A stretch of 64,000 bases of DNA from Patescibacteria group bacterium (GTDB lineage Bacteria; Patescibacteriota; Patescibacteriia; UBA9570; JAHJKD01): assembly GCA_041660885.1 (NCBI GenBank), contig JBAZVM010000002.1, forward strand, positions 81,538-145,537, in the 5' to 3' direction. The position numbers were made by a program, and so were the translations under genes. The notes below the pieces were generated by a model that was not told the DNA's origin, did not search any database, and was given only the letters and a program-made list of their open reading frames with translations. This document shows, one piece after another, positions 58,246 through 64,000 of this stretch; within the stretch, counting starts at the first letter, position 1; each line of letters begins with the position of its first letter.

Positions 58246-60528
58246 TTAGAATTGGCCAGTGGCTAAATAAGCACTGGTTTGTTCGGTATCCAAAGGATAT
58301 AAATCTTTATTGGCTTTTTCTCCGTCTTTATCAAATAATTTTACTTTCCAACGCGGAACGGCCAAGCCGGTTATTATTTCCGCTTGGCCATCGGCATTGA
58401 TATCTCCGGCGGCTATGGCCGCGTTGCTGTCTCCTGAATCATAAGCTAAAAAATTGCTTAATAGCTTATCGCTGCCGCTGTAGCGATAAATTTTTATAGA
58501 CGAGTTCTGCTCCGTTTGCGGTACGGAAATAACCTCATCTTTTCCATCGCCATTAACATCACCCGCGGTTATTTTTACTCCTCCCGTGAAACTGCTTCCG
58601 TAAGGATAATATGAATTCGCCATGTAATGCCCGGAGGATCTAAAAAATTTCACTTTAGACGGAATGCCCGCTCCCGAACTTGTGATGATTTCATCGTATC
58701 CGTCGTTGTTTACATCACCCGCGGCAACATTTACTCCTCCCAAATATGTTTCATCATACGCTAAAAAACTGCTGAGTAAATCGCCTTTTTCATTTACAAT
58801 CTCCACTAAAGGATACCCGCCTTCAGTGGCGATAATAATATCTTCATGCCCATCGCCTGCTGTATCCCCGCAAGCCAGATTAACATTATAGCCCTCGGTG
58901 TTCATAGAAAAACTATTTTTCTTTTTACCGGATTTGGAAAAAACTTTGATAGTTGAAACCATATCATAAGTTAAACTGGTAACGATTTCGTCTTCCCCAT
59001 TTCCATTTATATCGCAAGCCATTACCTTTACTCCTTCTTTCTTTGCTTTCGCGTAAGGATAAAAAGACTTGGTGACTTCTCCACTATTATCAACGATCTG
59101 CACTTTTGGCGTAAAACCCTCTCCCGAGCCTACAATCAGAGCTGCTTCTTTTGTCATGTCGCTTAGCGAGGAAGTGGCGGTGTTGCCGCTGGTCGCTAAA
59201 GCTTTTACTTGAACCGCTGGATTAGTTCCGGCGGAATCAGGAACAGTAAAATAAAATTTTTCCGATATGGAATTAAATTCTCCTTTAGTAACCGCCGCGT
59301 TTTGCCAAGATCCCCCGTTTATTTGATACTGAATGCCTGAAATAGAACTGGTGGTGATATTATGTTTGGAAAAACCATAATACTCGTGCAAAGTACCTCC
59401 GTATGAATTTTTATTTTTTTTCGTATCTACGAACGCCTTGCCATAGTAGCGTGTTCCCGATGAAGTATCGGCAAAAGAAGAGATGGTAACGATTGGCGCA
59501 ACATCTACCGCGTCCGGCACTCCGTTATTATTTTTGTCTCCCCAGCCGATTTGGCCCTTTGCGTATTCGTCAATGTAGTTGTAAGCAAAAGAATCTATCA
59601 AAGTGCGCATAATACTCGGCACATCAGAATCGCATTGTCCGCCATCTGCGCTATATTGGCTGTTTTGATTGGCATAATTTAAATACCCCAGCCGCGCATT
59701 GCAATCTTTATACGCTCCAGGGTATTGGTCCAGAGCGTAAAATGAATGCCCCATTTCATGCGCAAAAACCGAATCCATATTTTCAATATAGTAGCCGTTA
59801 TTATTATATGTTAGAACCATGTAAGGCCCTCCATAATTTGAATATGCCGATTGCCCATCAGTAAAAGCCTGATAATAACTGTCTTTATCGTTCACCACAA
59901 AAACAACAAAAGACCAATTGGTATAATCGTTGTTTCTCTTGTCATTAATAAAAGAGCGGGATTTTTCCGTGTAGTCGCCATCTACATAGCCGAAGTTGGT
60001 CATTATCTCGTCTATCCAAAGTGTTTCGCCATCGTTAGAAACGGTATACGAAGGGCGATTGATGGGCTCATACATGGTCTCGGCGCGTTCGTCTGTGCGG
60101 CCGGAATAAAAATGGAAAGTAAAAGATAAATTAGCCGCGGGATTTAGATCTTTCCACCAGGCGGCGCCATTTTGTATTTCTTGTAAAACCAGGTCTTCCT
60201 GTTCTTTGGTCCAGTTCTCCTGATTATAATCCCAATCGCCGTTGCTTTCCGGTAAAATAATGGAAACAGAAACCGACCCTACCATAAATTCCGAAGTATC
60301 GGAATATTCCGCGCCATACGGTACCCCCTCGCCCAAGGCCATTCTGGAATCATCATCTCCATCCGCCTTGAATTTATCTGAAGGAAAAATTGCGTCGTTT
60401 AAAATCGGGCCGGGATCTTTAAAAGTTTCCGCTTGTGCTAAAGAAGAATTAGCAATAAAAAATATAAATGCAATCTGCCCTAATAAAAATAATACTTTTT
60501 GTTTTTTCAGCATATAGATTACATCCAT
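58246..60528 (-). CDS. Secreted zinc metalloprotease (metzincin-like) with C-terminal FG-GAP/VCBS-like repeats
   Basis: AHEMGHSFYALD, SIMR Met-turn, repeated GGVxV/IxAGDVNxDGxDEII. Confidence 0.8.
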   Translation of the reverse strand: MDVIYMLKKQKVLFLLGQIAFIFFIANSSLAQAETFKDPGPILNDAIFPSDKFKADGDDDSRMALGEGVPYGAEYSDTSEFMVGSVSVSIILPESNGDWDYNQENWTKEQEDLVLQEIQNGAAWWKDLNPAANLSFTFHFYSGRTDERAETMYEPINRPSYTVSNDGETLWIDEIMTNFGYVDGDYTEKSRSFINDKRNNDYTNWSFVVFVVNDKDSYYQAFTDGQSAYSNYGGPYMVLTYNNNGYYIENMDSVFAHEMGHSFYALDQYPGAYKDCNARLGYLNYANQNSQYSADGGQCDSDVPSIMRTLIDSFAYNYIDEYAKGQIGWGDKNNNGVPDAVDVAPIVTISSFADTSSGTRYYGKAFVDTKKNKNSYGGTLHEYYGFSKHNITTSSISGIQYQINGGSWQNAAVTKGEFNSISEKFYFTVPDSAGTNPAVQVKALATSGNTATSSLSDMTKEAALIVGSGEGFTPKVQIVDNSGEVTKSFYPYAKAKKEGVKVMACDINGNGEDEIVTSLTYDMVSTIKVFSKSGKKKNSFSMNTEGYNVNLACGDTAGDGHEDIIIATEGGYPLVEIVNEKGDLLSSFLAYDETYLGGVNVAAGDVNNDGYDEIITSSGAGIPSKVKFFRSSGHYMANSYYPYGSSFTGGVKITAGDVNGDGKDEVISVPQTEQNSSIKIYRYSGSDKLLSNFLAYDSGDSNAAIAAGDINADGQAEIITGLAVPRWKVKLFDKDGEKANKDLYPLDTEQTSAYLATGQF

Positions 60529-60552
60529 TATAATGGATTTTTTTAACTTACG

Positions 60553-61797
60553 CTAATTACTCGCGCTTTGGCCGGCTACATAGCCAGTGCTGAAACAGCG
60601 CTGCAAATTAAAACCGCCCGTGGGCCCGGGACAATTGATGATTTCCCCGGTAAAAAAAAGATTCTTTATTTTTTTGGAGCGCATGGTTTTATCGTCTATT
60701 TCTTTCACGGGAATACCGCCGCTGGTGAGCATGGCATTATCCCAATTACCCAAACCACTAACAGTAAAGGATAGTTTCTGAATAATATTAATGAGATTCA
60801 ACCTTTCTTGTTTGGTAATTTCTTGCGTTTTTTTATGTAAATTTATTTTAGATAATACACCCATAACATTTAATAATCTTCGGGGCAATAAATTTAAAGT
60901 AAAATTAATAAATTCTTTATTATTTTGCTTTTTTAATTCTTCTATTATTATTTCATTTATTTTTTTCGTGTCTAAACCGGGCAATAAATTTAAAGTGATT
61001 TTAACTTCCCCCTTAGATAATAATTCTCCCACTTCGCGGCTTAAATTAATTAACGCGGGCCCGCTTAAACCGCTGTGCGTAAATAAACATTCCCCAAGCT
61101 GACTGATTTTCTTTTTATTTTTTTGCCAAATATTTATTTCTATTTTTTTCAAAGTAATGCCCTGTAAATCTTTCACCCATTTTTCTTTAACGATTATCGG
61201 AGCCAAGCAAGGCATGGGTTTAACTAGGCTATGGCCCAATTTTTTTGCCCAAATATAACCGTCTCCGGTAGATCCGGTTTGCGCGTATGATTTTCCGCCC
61301 GTGCAAATGATATAATTCTTCGCGATAATTTCTTCTTTATTTTTTAAGATTATTTTTTTTATTTTATTATTTTCACAAATAATATTTTTAATTTCCGTGT
61401 TATATTTAACAACTACTTTGTTAGTATCAAGCTTTTTTAGTAAAGCTTGCAAAATATCTTCGGCTTTATTACTAACCGGAAAAACTCTATTTTTTTCTTC
61501 AATTTTAGTTTCAACGCCTAGATCATTAAAAAATTCTATGGTCTTTTTCGGGCCAAAAACAGAAAAGGCGTGAAATAAAAAACGGCCATTGCGACCGTAG
61601 CGACACACTAATTTTTTCAAATCAAACTCCGCGTTGGTTAAATTGCATCGGCCATGACCGGTTAATAATAATTTATTGCCGGCTTGGCTATTTTTTTCCA
61701 GAAGTAAAACGCGAGCCCCGGAACTGGAAGCGGCAACAGCCGCCATCATGCCGGATGGCCCGGCTCCGATAACAACGACTTCTTTACCGGCTGACAT
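60553..61797 (-). CDS. HI0933/YhiN-like flavoprotein
   Basis: Start MSAGKEVVVIGAGPSG at 61797; GNKLLLTGHGRCNLTN, TGSTGDGY, LFTHSG.SGP, TGGFNLQ. Confidence 0.92.
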   Translation of the reverse strand: MSAGKEVVVIGAGPSGMMAAVAASSSGARVLLLEKNSQAGNKLLLTGHGRCNLTNAEFDLKKLVCRYGRNGRFLFHAFSVFGPKKTIEFFNDLGVETKIEEKNRVFPVSNKAEDILQALLKKLDTNKVVVKYNTEIKNIICENNKIKKIILKNKEEIIAKNYIICTGGKSYAQTGSTGDGYIWAKKLGHSLVKPMPCLAPIIVKEKWVKDLQGITLKKIEINIWQKNKKKISQLGECLFTHSGLSGPALINLSREVGELLSKGEVKITLNLLPGLDTKKINEIIIEELKKQNNKEFINFTLNLLPRRLLNVMGVLSKINLHKKTQEITKQERLNLINIIQKLSFTVSGLGNWDNAMLTSGGIPVKEIDDKTMRSKKIKNLFFTGEIINCPGPTGGFNLQRCFSTGYVAGQSASN

Positions 61798-63040
61798 ATC
61801 TTTTCCTGTGCATGCCTTGTCTGCGGCCGAACCCGCCGCTGCGGCTTCCTCTTCCTCGGCGCTGGCTGGTGTAATAAGGCGCGGGCGCGGCAAAAGATGC
61901 TTTCGGAACATCGGGAGACTCAGCCACGGGCAAAGTCTTTTTCATCAAGCGCTCGATATCGCGCACTTCTTTGCGCTGATCCGGAGTAACCAAAGATATG
62001 GCGTGCCCACCGGCGCCGGCTCTGGCCGTGCGGCCGATTCTGTGAATATAATCTTCGCTGTTCATGGGTAAATCATAATTTAGCACCAGCTCAATGCCAG
62101 CCACATCAATACCTCTTGAGGCTATATCCGTGGCAATCAAAACGCGATACTTTCCTATTTTAAATCCCTGCATAGCCTCGCGCCTCTGGCCGAGAGAACG
62201 GTTGGAATGAATTTCCACAGCGCTGTGGCCTAAGTTGCGGATATTCTGCGCCAGCTTTTTAGCGCCATGCTTGGTGCGCGTAAAAATTAAAGTCGGGCCA
62301 TGGTATTGATTAAGAATTTTTTCCGTGAGCAAGCCTTTTGATTTGGCGGGAATAATATAAATTTCTTGGGAAACGCGATCAATAGTTGTGCCGGGAGGAG
62401 CCACTTCAATGCGAATAGGCAACTTCATATAATTGGTGGCCATCTTGAAAATGTCATGAGGCATAGTGGCGGAAAAAAGCATGGTTTGCCTATCATCGGG
62501 CAAAGCGTTAAAAATTTTCTGAATCTGCGGAGCAAAACCCATATCCAGCATTCTATCCGCTTCATCTAACACCACTACTTTCACTTTATCCAAGCGTATT
62601 TTACGCTGTTGTAAAATATCATTAAGCCGTCCCGGAGTGGCCACTATAATATGCGGGTTTCTGCTAAGGGCGCGCAATTGAAGCCCCATGGAAGCGCCAC
62701 CGATTAAAACGGCGGTTTTCAATCCGAAAGAAGAAGCAATGCTATGCAAAGTTTCATCCACCTGTTGAGCCAGCTCGCGCGTGGGTACCACCACTAAACC
62801 CTTACCGTGCAATTGATTCAAACGCTGCAGCATGGGTACGCCGAAAGCTAAAGTTTTACCCGTTCCGGTTTGCGCGATGCCTACTACATCTTTGCCGGAT
62901 ATGGCCACCGGAATGGCTTGCTGCTGAATAGGAGTGGGTTTTTCGTAATGTAATTTGGCAAAAACATTAAGCAAAGAAGGAGCAATACCAAGACCGGTGA
63001 ACCCGGAAATGCTGTTAATGCGAGAATTATCTACTGCCAT
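61784..63040 (-). CDS. DEAD-box RNA helicase (RhlE-like)
   Basis: Q motif, AQTGTGKT, PTRELA, TPGR, DEAD, SAT, HRIGRTAR, basic RG-rich tail. Confidence 0.96.
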   Translation of the reverse strand: MAVDNSRINSISGFTGLGIAPSLLNVFAKLHYEKPTPIQQQAIPVAISGKDVVGIAQTGTGKTLAFGVPMLQRLNQLHGKGLVVVPTRELAQQVDETLHSIASSFGLKTAVLIGGASMGLQLRALSRNPHIIVATPGRLNDILQQRKIRLDKVKVVVLDEADRMLDMGFAPQIQKIFNALPDDRQTMLFSATMPHDIFKMATNYMKLPIRIEVAPPGTTIDRVSQEIYIIPAKSKGLLTEKILNQYHGPTLIFTRTKHGAKKLAQNIRNLGHSAVEIHSNRSLGQRREAMQGFKIGKYRVLIATDIASRGIDVAGIELVLNYDLPMNSEDYIHRIGRTARAGAGGHAISLVTPDQRKEVRDIERLMKKTLPVAESPDVPKASFAAPAPYYTSQRRGRGSRSGGFGRRQGMHRKRYVSR

Positions 63041-63083
63041 AACTTATTAAGTAATAATGATTAGAACTAACTTCAGCGTAATA

Positions 63084-64000
63084 TTAAAGCTTACCTAAGT
63101 CAATGGTCTCGCCAATTTTAATTTGGCTCACGAACTCCGGCAAGTGGCTTATTAAAATCAAAGCGCCATTATATTCATTGATGGCTTTGGCAATCACAGG
63201 AATATGACGAAAATTTATATGGTTGGTTGGTTCGTCTAAAACTAAAAGCCCTGGCCTTTTTAAAACCAATCGCGCGAAAGATAACAAACCCTTTTGCCCT
63301 TCGGATAACTGGGAAATTTTTTGGCCCATAAGCTGGCCCGTTATTAGAAAACCCGCGGCCACCGAGCGCATTTCTTCTTCGTTTGTTCCTTCGGCTAAAC
63401 TACTTTTTAAAGAATCAAAAACCGTGCTGTTAAAATCCAGCGTGGCAAAATCTTGGCTGTAATAACCGACGAAAACGCCTTTCATTATTGAAACTCCCGC
63501 GTCAGTATTATTAACTAATGATCGCAGCAGAGTACTTTTACCAATACCATTAGGACCAATAACCATCAGGCGCGTTTTCTGGCGCATGACGATGTTTGCG
63601 TCTTTAATAACCGGCTCATGATTTTTAATAATTTTAATTCTTTTTATGGTAACGATATCGCCGACAATTTCTTGATTGGGAATAGTAAATTTTCTTATAG
63701 TTTTATCTTCTCTCCGCACATCCACTTTGTTATCTTCCATTTCTTGCGTTTCTTCTTTCAGCTTGGAAGCCAGCTTTCTCATTTTTCCTCCTTTATGCGC
63801 GAAAAAATTTACTTTGTCTTTGCGATCTTGAATTTTCTTTTCCAGTTGAGCGTTCTTGGCTTGTTCGCGTTCGATACGATTTTTTATTTCTTCCACCACG
63901 GTATAATAATCACCCACATAAGTTTCTATTTTCTTGGTAAAGACGTCTAAATAAAGAACTCCCTCTGTAAAGGAATTTAAAAATTCCGCGTCATGAGAAA
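63084..64000 (-). CDS. ABC-F family ATPase (partial; runs off the right edge)
   Basis: Frame is open to the edge (SHDAEFLN..); linker, GPNGIGKST, LSEGQK, LDEPTNH. Confidence 0.9.
   Translation of the reverse strand, partial: SHDAEFLNSFTEGVLYLDVFTKKIETYVGDYYTVVEEIKNRIEREQAKNAQLEKKIQDRKDKVNFFAHKGGKMRKLASKLKEETQEMEDNKVDVRREDKTIRKFTIPNQEIVGDIVTIKRIKIIKNHEPVIKDANIVMRQKTRLMVIGPNGIGKSTLLRSLVNNTDAGVSIMKGVFVGYYSQDFATLDFNSTVFDSLKSSLAEGTNEEEMRSVAAGFLITGQLMGQKISQLSEGQKGLLSFARLVLKRPGLLVLDEPTNHINFRHIPVIAKAINEYNGALILISHLPEFVSQIKIGETIDLGKL

Noticed and set aside
61798-61911. Long overlap between the flavoprotein and helicase ORFs
   Set aside because: The Rossmann motif starts just after ATG 61797; the extension is the helicase tail read in another frame.

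Overview
64 kb of a streamlined, AT-rich bacterial chromosome using genetic code 11 (TAA, TAG and TGA all end intact genes). Inferred, not proven, to be Patescibacteria/CPR from minimal intergenic DNA, scarce Shine-Dalgarno motifs, short atpH, C-terminally truncated Rel and many large acidic surface proteins. Housekeeping content: dprA-topA, rel, parA/parB, tRNA-Leu(CAA), HU, alkD, tkt, corA, a complete F1Fo ATP synthase operon, typA, a DEAD-box helicase and a partial ABC-F gene. About 23 kb (roughly 36%) encodes secreted or surface proteins: three tandem FG-GAP/MopE-motif proteins, a BNR-repeat protein, a TolB-like propeller, a ~1,930-aa adhesin-like giant, an invasin-like protein with a papain-like triad, a transglutaminase and a zinc protease. 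Main leads: (1) a ~0.7 kb GC-rich micro-island (40621-41303) of three SD-led hydrophobic peptides with foreign codon usage and ACAA-loop hairpins, one missed by the ORF track; (2) a shared, very basic ~170-aa C-terminal domain on otherwise acidic surface proteins; (3) a DUF11 domain split by a transmembrane hairpin; (4) type II PanK plus a CoaD-CoaE fusion with no CoaBC in view, suggesting pantetheine salvage; (5) a beta-carbonic-anhydrase-like gene coupled to atpC. Two large surface genes carry single-point breaks (TAG at 2466; 1-nt frameshift near 41903) that may be real or assembly errors. No CRISPR array, rRNA, transposase or integrase was seen. All calls come from reading motifs by eye; no database searches were run.
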